Assembly (NCBI GenBank): GCA_025594325.1
Contig: JANHCV010000007.1
Location: 1,798,001-1,862,000 of the forward strand
DNA length: 64,000 nt
Reading direction: 5' to 3'
From: Blastocladiella emersonii ATCC 22665
Lineage: Eukaryota; Fungi; Blastocladiomycota
Shown here: positions 1 through 10,735 of the stretch, in pieces
How the letters are laid out: each line of letters starts with the position of its first letter
Numbering within the stretch: position 1 is the stretch's first letter
Position numbers and translations under genes: made by a program
Notes under the pieces: generated by a model
What the model was told of the DNA's origin: nothing
The model's input: only the letters and a program-made list of their open reading frames with translations
Databases searched by the model: none

Positions 1-170
1 TGCATGGTGTTGCGGGAGGTGGGTGTGTTGGTGTGGGTGGTGGGGAGAGTAGGATGCAGGCAGAGGACCGACGCTGTGGACGACGGTGCAGTGCGAGCAG
101 TGTTGGTGCGCGAGTGGGTGCGGGAGAGGGAGTTGAGCGGAGCGAGGACGGGCGCGGGGGCCGGCCGGGC

Positions 171-176
171 TTTATA
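171..176 (-). promoter_or_regulatory. TATA-like box (TATAAA) for a minus-strand gene that probably starts at nt 5 and runs out of the window
   Basis: TATAAA on the minus strand about 165 nt upstream of AACACC-ATG at 5-3. The same AACACC-ATG context precedes starts at 22495, 45313 and 53815. Confidence 0.4.
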
Positions 177-732
177 GGGCGGGAGGACCGTGGCAGTAGT
201 GACTAAGAGCGTCGGCGCCACACACGCGAGCGAGAGCGAAACGACGTGATGGAAGGGCGGCGAAGTCCAAGTCCGAGTCGATTCGGCGCCGACTCGGTAG
301 GCCGCTCTCGCCCTCCTGGGCACGATATGATTTTTTTAATCATCCTCCGTGAGCCGTGGCCGCCGTGGGCCGCCCGTAATAGCGGCCACCGTGGGAGATG
401 GGCGACGGCGGCGGCCACCGTGACGATGACGCCACGCCTGACCTGCCCTGCTGACGTCTCCCTCGCCATCGCCATCGCGGCCGTGACCGTGACCACCGCC
501 ACCACCCAAGCGGACCGTCTTGTGGCGGAGCGCGCGCCGCATGAGCGCAGCAGGGCGGCATGACTCGGGCTTGCTCTCTGACTCGCACCTCATGTCCGCG
601 TGACCGCCGCGTGGCTGTGGCGCAGCGCCTTCCTGCTGTGGCGCAACGCTCGGACGCCACTCGCCACGCTCCCAACACGAACACGAGTGAGCAACACTGA
701 GGAGTAGATATATAGTAAGTCAAGGAGCTCAC

Positions 733-1755
733 TTACGCCTGAACCAGGTTGGTCTCCATCTCGCTCGCGACCTTCTCGCCGAGCACGCGGCGCACGACCT
801 CGAGCGACATGTCCCACAGGCGGGCCTGCATGGCCTCATCGCGGGCAAATGCCGAGGGCGTCGCCACCTCGCCGTACGGGACAAAGTAGGTGCCCGACGG
901 TGCCTTGGCGTTGCCCTCCTCCGTATCGAGCGCCGCGTGGGTCGCGGCCGCGAGCGTGGTGCGCGCGCCGTTCTCGGGGTTCTTGGCAAACACCTTGGAC
1001 GCGACCGTGGCGAGCCCGGCCACGAACCCGCCGTACGCGCCGCCAATGTTGCGCTGCAGCTCCGTGTCGACGTAGCCCGGGTGCACCGCGTACACCTTGG
1101 CCCAGGGCGCGCGCGCCGCCACGTACTTGGTGAAGAGCAGGTTGCACAGCTTCGACTGCCCGTACGCGCCCGTCGGCGAGTAGATGGCCTCGGACGCGTG
1201 CTTGCCGGCCGCGTCCTTGGCGTCGCCCTCGCGCACCATGACCTGGTCGAGCGTCGACAGGCCCCAGCTGTACGGCATCGTGTGCGCGAGCGACGACAGG
1301 TTGACAATGCGCGGCGGCGTCGGCCCGTCGCGGCGCAGCGACGGCAGCAGGAGCATCGTCCACACGAAATGCGCAAAGTGGTTGACGCCGATCTGCGACT
1401 CGAGCCCGTCCTTGGTCAGCGCGTACGGGCACATCATGATGCCCGCGTTGTTGACGAGCACGTCGATCTTGAGCCCGCGCGCGGCGAGCTTGCGCGCGGC
1501 CGCCTCGACCTGCTGCAGCGAGTTGAGGTCGAGCTCGGCAAACTCGAGAGGCGGGCACGCGTCGCCGAGCTCCTCCTGGATCGACGCGATCGCAGCGAGC
1601 GCCTTGGCCTCGGACCGGCACGCCAGCACCACGCGCGCGCCGTGCTTGGCCAGCTGCCGCGTCGTCGTGAGCCCGATGCCCGTGTTGGCGCCCGTCACCA
1701 CAAACACCTTGCCGTGGAGGTCCGGGATCTGGTCCACCGAGAATCCTGCGCCCAT
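733..1755 (-). CDS. Short-chain dehydrogenase/reductase (retinol dehydrogenase/WWOX-like)
   Basis: TGANTGIG Rossmann motif, NNAG, NHFAHF and catalytic YGQSK (YxxxK). The likely start is MGAGFS at 1755. Intronless. Confidence 0.92.
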   Translation of the reverse strand: MGAGFSVDQIPDLHGKVFVVTGANTGIGLTTTRQLAKHGARVVLACRSEAKALAAIASIQEELGDACPPLEFAELDLNSLQQVEAAARKLAARGLKIDVLVNNAGIMMCPYALTKDGLESQIGVNHFAHFVWTMLLLPSLRRDGPTPPRIVNLSSLAHTMPYSWGLSTLDQVMVREGDAKDAAGKHASEAIYSPTGAYGQSKLCNLLFTKYVAARAPWAKVYAVHPGYVDTELQRNIGGAYGGFVAGLATVASKVFAKNPENGARTTLAAATHAALDTEEGNAKAPSGTYFVPYGEVATPSAFARDEAMQARLWDMSLEVVRRVLGEKVASEMETNLVQA

Positions 1756-4479
1756 GTTGTTGTTGATGATGATGATACGTTGCAAAGTAGAGTGTTCACT
1801 GAGAGCGCGGGGGAGAGAGGGGCGAGGGCGGCGGGCGCCTTTGAGCGCGCGCGATGCGCCCCGGCCAAGGCGCGCTTACTCATGCCGAGGCGCCGCCACG
1901 TGGCCACGCCGCTCACGTGACGCGCCAAATGATCCGGTCGCACGCGCGCGTTTCCGGCACTGGCCGAAAGGGAAGGGACGCGGCGGTCCAGAGCGCGCGG
2001 TTGCGCACAAGCGGCGCGACGCGTGGCCGCGTCGTGGATGGCGGGCAGCGACGCGTCTCGCGCGGGATGCTTGCTGACCCCTCGTTGTGACTGTTGGTGA
2101 CCAACCGTGACCCATTGTCAGGGGGAGAAAAGCTCTTGGCCTTGGCCCTCGTTTTCGGCCAAAATTCTCACGCGCTCAACGCGATGATCGTCGATCAATT
2201 TCGCGGCGACGGCTGTTTCGCACCGCCTTCTTGGCTTGCTGCTGCTGCTGCTGCTTCTGCGCAGCGGGCCGCTTTTCCTTCTTGTTCCTCGCTCGCTCAA
2301 CGGTGACGAGCGAGCGAGCTCCCTGACCTCCGCTCCCGCTTGAGAACCGGCCACACCCGCCAAACTCTGCCCAGCGGCTGTGGCCAGCTCACATGCACGC
2401 CATCGCCGCCTTTCATGGCGGGCCGCCGCACCCTGCACGCTCGCCCGATCCAGTCATGCATGTGGCCGGTCTCGGCGGCATCGCCCCCGCGGCCGCTGCT
2501 GCCTCGCGCCGATGCGCGCTGTCCCGCGGCCGTCCCTATCTGCCGCGGCTGCCACTATCCTCGATCGCCACCGCCGCCGCCAACACCACCCGACACCGCG
2601 CACGCAATGGCCATGCCGCGGCCGGTGAGAGCTCGCGGACGCCTCCCTCCTGCATCGCGCCGCGGGCCCTCGCCTCACGATCGCGGGCGCACCTGTCCCG
2701 AACGCGCGCCCTCCCGCACGCCTCCACGCCGCACATCCCCACTCTGGGGGTCATTGAGCGTCATCGTGCGTCCGCGAGCCCCGCGAGTCGCCGTTTCGCC
2801 CGCGCTCCCCGCCCGTTCGCTCGCTCGCTCACCCGGCGCTCGTCCCTTCCTCGCACCCTGCCGCTCGCCGCGAGCACCACCAGCCAGCCTGCGCGTCGGC
2901 CTGCCTCGTGGCCGATCCAGCCCGCCAGCCCGTCGTCGCTGCGGCCCACCCACCACATCCACACGACGCGCCGCGGCCGCCTTGCTTCAGCGCGTGCGTC
3001 CGCGGCCGTCCGCCCGTCCTCCTCGTGCATCCCTGCCGTTCCGCTCCGCGCTCCCGACGCCACTCGCTCATGGTGCGTCCGTTCTCCTCTCGCCGATCCT
3101 CGCCCCTCTCCCCCGCTCTGGCTGCGCATGATGAGTTGCTGCTGCCGTTCTCGATCCCTCCTCGGATCGCGTCAACGATCGTTCGCGCCCGCTTGTGCTC
3201 GCTCTCCCCTACTCGCACGCGGCTAACCAACTCGCTCTCCCTCTTGCACTTGATCCGCTCCATCCTCGTAACAGCTGCGCTCGCACACCCGCGCCTCGGA
3301 ACTCTTCCGCCCGCATTCGCCCTCGTCACTGCACTCGCCCAATCTCGGGTCAACGGTCGCGCAAACCTCGTGGCTATCATCGCATCGCATCCCGGTTGAT
3401 TACAGCCGGGACCACGACGCGGTACGTTCCAAGCAGTTCTTCCCTCGCCCTTGTTCTCGGCATGGTCGCGAGCGACCGAGCTCGGTTCTGCATAGCCGGC
3501 ACCGGCGCCTGTTGCAACACCCGCGCGCGACGCTGATCTGACGCGCCGCGTCGATCACGGCCCACGGCGCTCCGCGGCCACGGGTCGCTGCCGCCCGGCT
3601 GCCTGACTCGTGGTCGTTCGAGTTGGCCGTGGGCCGACGGCTCCCATCCCCGATGCCGGCCGCCGGTGATGCACGGCGCGCGGGTCCAGGGCTCCGGGCA
3701 CACCGTGGGCGCCGGCCGGGCGTCGTCGTCGACCGGTTGCTTCGACCGAGTGCGATTACCGTTGATGGCCGCCCCGAGGCCGATGCCATGTTTGGCCGGC
3801 CACGAGCCTCGATCACGACTCACCCTCTGCTACCCCCGCATCCTCCTCGCTATTCGTGGCCGCCCCGCCGTAGACCTCCCGCTCTCTCGACGTGATCACG
3901 GCCACGCGCGCCAGCGCGCTGCTGCCCAGCTGATACGATCCTGTACGTCTATCTCGGTTCGCCTCCATCCCTCTGCGACGCGTTTCATGCCCGACCACCA
4001 CCCGATCACCCACCGCGCAACCGAGCGCCATGCCGAGTAGAGTCGGCGCGCATCGCGGCCCTCGGCGGCCAGCGTGGCGGCGGTTATAGCCAGCGGCTGC
4101 GGTGCCGAGCGAGCCTGGTGGTGCGCGCCCGCCCGCCGCCCACCCTCTTTGCCCTTTCCCGCCGCACCTCTCTCTTTTTTTCACGACGTCACCGACGCAC
4201 GCTTGTTGCCCTGCCTGGTCGGGCCCAACCTTGTCGCTGCTGCTGCCGCCGCCACCATCTCCCTTCCATTCGCGCCCCGCCCTGCTCACGCTCTGCTCCC
4301 GCTTCCGCATCGCCCCGTCTCCCTCCCTCGCCCTGCCTGTCCCCCGCACAACCCTGGCGCGCACCCAACGCATGGACTGACCGACGCCGTCCGTTTGCCC
4401 TCGTCCAGCTGCCGGCCGCGCCCATCGTCGTCGCCCACCGCCACGCGATTCGTCTCCTCTACGATCGCGCACCACCCTC

Positions 4480-6897
4480 ATGTCGCGTCACGGCCCGCCA
4501 CTACGGTCCTCGGCGTCTTCCGCACCCGCGCCGGCCACGTCGGCGGCCCAGATCCCGCTGCCGTCCTCTCCACCCGCCGACGCGTCCATGGCCATGGACG
4601 TGGACCTGTTCGCGCACCACTCGTGGGCGCAGCAGGAGCAGCAGCAACTGCCGCTGTCGCTACAGCCGTCCCAGTTTGCCGTCCCGACGCCCATCTTCCC
4701 CGTCGACATCCAGCACCTCCAACAGCTCCCGCTCAGCGCCTCGGCCGCCGCTGCCGCCGCGCTCGACGCGACGTCCGCTGCATCGGCCTCGCTGTGGACT
4801 AGCACCGCGGCACCGTTCGCGACCAACCTGCTGTCGGTCTCCGAGCTGCGCGTCGCCTCCTCCTTAACGTCGATGTCACCGCTCGACGCATCCGCCACCG
4901 CCATCCTCCCCGGCAGCACCGGCGGCGGCGGGCCCGACCAGTGCATCCCTCCGGAATTCTGGCTCGCGCCCGCTTCCGCGACGGGATTTACGTTCGATTT
5001 CTCGGCGGCAGTAGCAGGAAGTGGCGGTGGGAACGACCACCCAGCGGCGGCATCATTCGGCGGCCCGTTCCCCGGATCAACCCCAGCAGCCGCGGCTGGG
5101 TCGCGCGCCGCGCCCGTTGCCCTCGCCCCGCCATCCGATCGCGCCGCGCCCGCCGCGGCGCAGACTCCACTCGCGCCAGCCACGGCGCCCGTTGCGGGCC
5201 GCGCACAAGCGAGCCGACGCGCCGCGCCGCACCGACACCAGGTCGAGCAGCACGCCGATCATGGGCTTGCTGTGGCCGGCCACCCGCCGCCGCCGAGTGG
5301 GTCATCGTCGACAAGCTGTGCCTGCCCCCGCGAACCGGCACGGCGACACGGCGGTGGCGGTGGCGGTGGCGGTGGCGGTGGCGCGCCGGGCGAGGCGGTG
5401 ACTGGGACCGCGCCCGTCTCAACGCAGGCGCCATCGACGCCGTCTTCCGGCCGCGAAATCGGGTCCGTGGGCGTGCCGCCCGCGTACGACTGCGGATGTC
5501 CCCGCGACCCACCTCCGCGCGGCGGCGGCAGCGGCGGCAGTAGCATCGGGACCGCCGAATTCGCGACCCCCACCACCGCCCCCGCACCACCGTCGTCGGC
5601 CCGTCGAATCCGCACCGTGGTCGTGCCCGCGCGCGCCGACTCCCCGCCGCTGGCCGACGGCGAATCCGCGGCCGACCGCGACGACTCGCGGCTGCACCGC
5701 ATGTACGAGCGGCTCAAGCAATCGTTTGCGCGGCTCCGCAGCACCTCGCCAACGCACCGGCGCGCGTCGACGTCCTCCGCATCCGCTTCGGTTTCCGCCG
5801 CATCCTCACCGCCGACCGAGTACGTGTTCACGCTCCCGCCGCCGGCCAAACGCATCGCTGGCCACGGCCACGGCCGCGCGCGCGCCATGAGCTCGCCCTC
5901 GGTCCTCCCGCCGCCGTCCATTTTGGGCCTGGGCGGCGCGCCGTACGCCAACAGGCGGCTGCACCCGCTCGACCACCACCACGCGGTGCCGCCGGGGAGC
6001 CGTCGGCCGCGGTCGTCCAAGTCCCGGTCCCCGCACGCGTTCACGACGGCCGCCGCCGCGGGCATGTCGGTCCGCGCGATCGTGTCGCCGACGCTCGTTC
6101 AGCAGGCTATGGCGCGTACGAGTCTCGCGTCACCGACTGCCGACCGGCACCAGCAGCACCAGCGCAACCGTCCGTCGCCGTCGCATCAGCAGCCTCAGCA
6201 GCCGCAGAGCGCGCCGCCGCCGCCATCGCTGGCCCTGCCGACCCCCGACTTTCGCCACTCGTGGCCGTCGGCATGGCAACCGACTGCCGCCACCGAGCTC
6301 GCGTCGCCGCCACTCCCACCCGCGCAGCACGCGACCGCACCACCTCCGCCGCCGCCACCGCCCGGCCCCGTCGCGCACGGGCTCGTCGACCCCGAAGAGT
6401 GGCGCGTCCACGCGCTGTTCGCGGCGCGCGCCGAGTCGCAGTCCCGCGCCCCGCCAGCCCCGCCGCCCCTCACCATCACGGCGCCGTTCCCGCCACGAGA
6501 TCCTGCGCTGGCCCCGGCTTCCGCTCCCGCTCTTGCTCTCGCTCTCGCTCCGAGCGCGACCGTGTTCCCCGCGAGCCCCACCGCAACCGTCGACGCGGCA
6601 GCGTCCGTGTCGCCGCTAGCGAACATGGGCATGGACCCAGCGCTCCTCGCGGCGTGGCTCGCGGCCAACAACGACGCGGGCAGCGCGGACGCCGGGTTCG
6701 CCGAGTGGGCAAGGCTCACGAGCGCGTTGGCGGATCCAGTACCGCACGCGCAGCAGCCGCAGCGGCATGTGCACGCGGACCAGCTCGCGGCGGCGGCCGA
6801 GGTCGGCAGCACCAGTTGCTCGGGCGCCGCCGCATCGTGGTACCCGCGGGCGAGCGACGGCGGCGGTGGCGATGGGCGGCGCTCCGACGCGCGATAG
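4480..6897 (+). CDS. Hypothetical low-complexity Ala/Pro/Ser-rich protein (805 aa ORF; true start may be MAMDVDLF near 4588)
   Basis: Long ORF with coding-like codon usage and several RRxS/RxxS motifs. No recognisable domain. Confidence 0.6.
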   Translation: MSRHGPPLRSSASSAPAPATSAAQIPLPSSPPADASMAMDVDLFAHHSWAQQEQQQLPLSLQPSQFAVPTPIFPVDIQHLQQLPLSASAAAAAALDATSAASASLWTSTAAPFATNLLSVSELRVASSLTSMSPLDASATAILPGSTGGGGPDQCIPPEFWLAPASATGFTFDFSAAVAGSGGGNDHPAAASFGGPFPGSTPAAAAGSRAAPVALAPPSDRAAPAAAQTPLAPATAPVAGRAQASRRAAPHRHQVEQHADHGLAVAGHPPPPSGSSSTSCACPREPARRHGGGGGGGGGGGAPGEAVTGTAPVSTQAPSTPSSGREIGSVGVPPAYDCGCPRDPPPRGGGSGGSSIGTAEFATPTTAPAPPSSARRIRTVVVPARADSPPLADGESAADRDDSRLHRMYERLKQSFARLRSTSPTHRRASTSSASASVSAASSPPTEYVFTLPPPAKRIAGHGHGRARAMSSPSVLPPPSILGLGGAPYANRRLHPLDHHHAVPPGSRRPRSSKSRSPHAFTTAAAAGMSVRAIVSPTLVQQAMARTSLASPTADRHQQHQRNRPSPSHQQPQQPQSAPPPPSLALPTPDFRHSWPSAWQPTAATELASPPLPPAQHATAPPPPPPPPGPVAHGLVDPEEWRVHALFAARAESQSRAPPAPPPLTITAPFPPRDPALAPASAPALALALAPSATVFPASPTATVDAAASVSPLANMGMDPALLAAWLAANNDAGSADAGFAEWARLTSALADPVPHAQQPQRHVHADQLAAAAEVGSTSCSGAAASWYPRASDGGGGDGRRSDAR

Positions 6898-7172
6898 CAC
6901 GCACGCGCGCGCGGGAGTGAACGTACATAGATAGCTATATCATGTCCTATTCTACTGCTGGTCTAGTCTACTCGGGAGGGAGGGAGAGGGTTCTATGGTA
7001 CACGCACACGGGAGGGAAGAGAGGTTAGGATGGTAGTACAGGGGAGGTCCGCTCGGCTCGAAGTCGAGCCGGTCTATTTCGTCGTCGTCGTCGACGGGCT
7101 CGCGCAGCGCCGCGCGAGCATCAAAAGTCGGGTTGGTGGTTGGTGGTACAGCGAGCGAGCGAGCGAGTCGGC

Positions 7173-7577
7173 CTACTCGCGGCCCGGCGGCGCCCCGGCG
7201 CGCAGCGGCACGAGTGTCGGGGTCCACCCATCGTCGCCGACGGCGTGGGCGTGCATGGCGGGATCTTGCGGCAGCACGGCCCCGCGCGCGGCGAGTGCGG
7301 CGAGGGACAGCGGGAACCACGAGGCCGGATCGGTCGAGCTTGAGGTCGCGGTGGATGGTGGTGCAGCGGCGGCGCCGGGAGACGGGGCCAGACCGGGTGC
7401 GGGCGCTGCGAACATGGTCCACGATGCGGTCGGCGCTGGTGCCGAGGCAAACAGGAGCGACCGCGACGACGACGGCGCGTCAGCCGGGGTCGCGACGACG
7501 GGCACCGCAGGGGTGGCGGCGGCGACGGCGGGCCGCAGCGCGACGGAGCTGGAGCTGGCGGATGCAGAGACGGCCAT
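7173..7577 (-). CDS. Hypothetical small Ala/Ser/Pro-rich protein (3' structure uncertain; may continue in the 6952-7422 frame)
   Basis: ATG in good context at 7577. A coding-like acidic stretch (EPVDDDDEIDRLDFEP) lies in another frame downstream. Confidence 0.35.
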   Translation of the reverse strand: MAVSASASSSSVALRPAVAAATPAVPVVATPADAPSSSRSLLFASAPAPTASWTMFAAPAPGLAPSPGAAAAPPSTATSSSTDPASWFPLSLAALAARGAVLPQDPAMHAHAVGDDGWTPTLVPLRAGAPPGRE

Positions 7578-8022
7578 GGCGAACTTGGTCTCGGTGTTGT
7601 CGTCGCGGTGAAGGGGGTGGTTCATTGCCGGTGCGTGGTGGTCGACAGGAGCGAAGAGGCCGAGGTCGGGGTCGCTGCGAGGAGAGCTCAGCGCGCCGCT
7701 GCCGGAGAGCGCGGGGGCAGCGCGGCCACGATCGTTTCATCAATCAAGATGCATCGAGTTACATTCGGCGTGGGGGACGCCGGTGGTCGACACGGCGAGC
7801 GCGCCGCCGTCGTCGCGTTCGCCGTGGCGGACCGACCGACCGACCGACCGACCTCCCCAACGGCGAGCGGCGACCGTGACAGCGCGCAACGCCACACCTG
7901 CGACCGCCACTGCCACCGCCACGCGCGCGCGACGCAGCGCGGAGTGATGGCGCTCGATCCGGACCGCCCCGCTCCTGCCGCCGCCGCCATCGAGGGCAGC
8001 GCACGCGCCACCGCCCCAGTCC

Positions 8023-9125
8023 ATGCAACGCAACCCGATGTCGATGCCGATGATGACGATGAAGCCAGCGGCCACGGAGCGCCCAGCCGCTGCGCCCGCT
8101 GCGCCGCCGTTTGTGGCGACGGTCCTCGCTGCGCTGCACCGCCACGCCGACACCGTGCAGGCCCAGCTCGCCGCGCTCACGGCGCGCGTCAACGCGCCCG
8201 GCGCCGAGATCGCGGACGCCGAGTGGGCGAGGCTCGCGGCCCCGCTGCGCGCCGCGCTGATTGCGTGGCAGGATGAAGTCACCGTACGTTCTGGTCTCGA
8301 GTGGATGTGGAACCACGACGACTGACACGCCAGCTTTACGAAGAACGCGGCCGACGTGATCGGCGACCTCCGCGGGCCCGAGCGCGCCAAGTGCGCCGCC
8401 GCCCTCGACGAGAACAAGCAGATGAAGCTCATGTACATCCGTTCTCGCCTTGCGTGTTCTGAGACACCACGACTGAGATCAGTCCGCGCCCGTGTAGCCA
8501 CGAGGACTCGCTGCGCCGCCTCGGCATCGCCGTCCGTGCCGCGCAGACCCAGCGCGCCGCCGAGCGCCGCCGCCAGCTGCTTCTTAGCGAGAGTGGCGCA
8601 GACGGCGCCGACTCGGCGGCGCTGCGCCGCCGGGGTCGCGGGGCGGGGTCCGAGTCGACGAGCTCCGTCAACGGCACCTCAGGGTACGGTCGCATGCGCG
8701 ACGCGACGCGGGCGAGCGATTCGAGCTGATACGTCACCCGCCGTGTGTAGACTGAGCGACGACCAGCTCGCGCAGCGCGCCGCGGCCGAGACCACCGAGT
8801 CGCTCAAGCGCATGACGCAGCTCATGGCTGTCGAGCTCGAAAAGTCGACGCTGCTCAACGCCGACCTCAGTCCGTGCCACGCTCGCCGTGCCTAATCACC
8901 CTCACTGACCCCACCCGTGTAGGCGCGCAGACCCGGCTCGTGCAAAAGGTGCAGCACGAGTACACGGCCATGACGGCGCTGCTGCGCGGGTCAAAGCACC
9001 TGCTGACCGAGCTCAAGGCCCGCGACCGCACCGACAAGCTCATCATCGGCTTCGCCTGCCTCGTCTTCCTCGCCGTTGTCCTGTACATTCTCAAGAAGCG
9101 CGTCTTCTTCTTCCTCTTCCCATAA
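8023..9125 (+). CDS. SEC20: ER SNARE Sec20/BNIP1-like, multi-exon (introns approx. 8284-8343, 8432-8496, 8683-8749, 8869-8921)
   Basis: Spliced C-terminus TTESLKRMTQLMAVELEKSTLLNADL...YTAMTALLRGSKHLLTELKARDRTDKLIIGFACLVFLAVVLYILKKR fits the Sec20 coiled coil plus C-terminal TM anchor. The first acceptor is uncertain. Confidence 0.8.
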
Positions 9126-9164
9126 CGGGGACGGACATACACGTACAAGATTCATGTAGTTCGT

Positions 9165-10631
9165 TTAGACCAGTGGCGGCACGTCCGCATCGTCCTCCCA
9201 TTCTTCCTCGCCAACAGCACCCGAAGTCGACACGAGTCCGCCCACGCGCGCCGTGCGGATCTCCGGCGCCGCCGCCGTGGGCTCGTTCCACGTAGCCCCG
9301 CCGCCGCCACCGACCTTGAGCGCCGCGAGTTTCGCGAGCGTCGCCTCGCGCTCACGCTTTGCCTTCTCCGCCCGCGCGCGTTCCGCGTCCTTGGCCTGGC
9401 GCCGTTCCGCGTCGCGCCACGCGCCCACCACCTCGTCGGCGGTCCGCACGCCGTCGACCTCGGCGCGGACCATGTGCACGAGCAGCGCGCCCGTCGCCAT
9501 AGACCGCACGGGGAGGTACCGCTCGGGGTCGACCTTCGCGGGCGTGCGCAGCTGGACGCGCTGCCCGGCGACCGTGACGCGCACCGTGTCCGGGAACACG
9601 GCCACGTCGAGCAGCGACGTGTCGATGAACTTGGACACGCGCAGGTCGAGCACCACGATCTCGGCGTGCTCGTGCAGCGTGTACTCGAGTTTCGGCTCGT
9701 TGCACTGCATCAGGGTCCCGTCGGCCGCCACGCGCGACGGTTTTGCGGCGGCGCGGGCGGCGCGCCGCGCTTCGCGTTCGGCTGCTGCGCGCTTCTCCGG
9801 GTCCTTGGCGTCGCGCAGCTTCGCCAGGTGCCGCGCCGCCGCCATGCGCGCCGCGGGGGTGTGCTCGGTCGGCGCCGTCTGGAACTGCGCCGCGACGGCT
9901 TCCGGGGACGCCGCGTCGTCGCCGTCGACGAGCAAGTCGAGCTCGGCCGGGTCCGGGATCGCGGGGACGTGCACGGGCAGCGTCGCGGCGGCGTCGCGGA
10001 TCGCCTCGAACGTCTGGCGCGCGCGCAGCCGCTCGGACCGCGTGATGGCGACGCCGTCGAGCCGGTCAAGCTGGTCCAGCGTGCAGATCACAAACTCGCG
10101 GTAGCCGGGCTTGCCCGTCACCGGGTTCCCCGTCAGGTACAGCTCGCGCAGGTGGCGGCACGAGATCAGCGACTGCACGCAGAACAGGTCGTCGATGAAG
10201 TTGACCGTCAGGTCGAGCTTGGCCAGCGACTCGCACGAGTCCAGGTTCTCGATCACGGTGATGTTGTTGAGCGCCAGGTTCAGGTACTCGAGCTCCTTGA
10301 GCTTGCCGAGGTTCTCTACAGTGGGCGCGCGGGAGCGTGAGTGAGGGGCGCGCGGCTTGAGATCAGCACGCGAGGGTGGGCGTACCGATCTTGGTGATCT
10401 GGTTGTTCTGCAGGTACACGATGCGCAACTTGCGGCAGTACACGTCGAGCAGCTCAATCTTCTCCAGGTCGAACTGGTGCAGCGTGATCTCGCGCAGCGT
10501 GTCGAGGTCGCCATTGTTGTGCTCGGCGCGACGCAGCAGCAGCTCGCGGGTGACTGTGCAGACCAGCGCGGTCGTCAGCACTGGGCAAGCCTTCCCGGTG
10601 CGGTGAGTTGCATACTCTTCTGTCCTGGCAT
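9165..10631 (-). CDS. LRRC6: Dynein axonemal assembly factor 11 (LRRC6/tilB), 3 exons
   Basis: Spliced MPGQKITRELLLRRAEHN...[51 protein letters not shown]...LAKLDLTVNF...LYLTGNP, followed by an LRRcap and a CS-like region (QCNEPKLEY). Confidence 0.93.
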
Positions 10632-10735
10632 GGTTGCGTTACATGGGCGGGCGCGAGAGAGCGGGGTCGGTGCGCGACCGCGGTGGCGGATGAGCGACGC
10701 GTGCGACCCGGCCACACGTGATATCGAAACGCGTC

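Noticed and set aside
203-732. Several short ORFs at the left edge
   Set aside because: They have no recognisable motifs, and the region looks like the promoter of an off-window gene plus the SDR 3' UTR.
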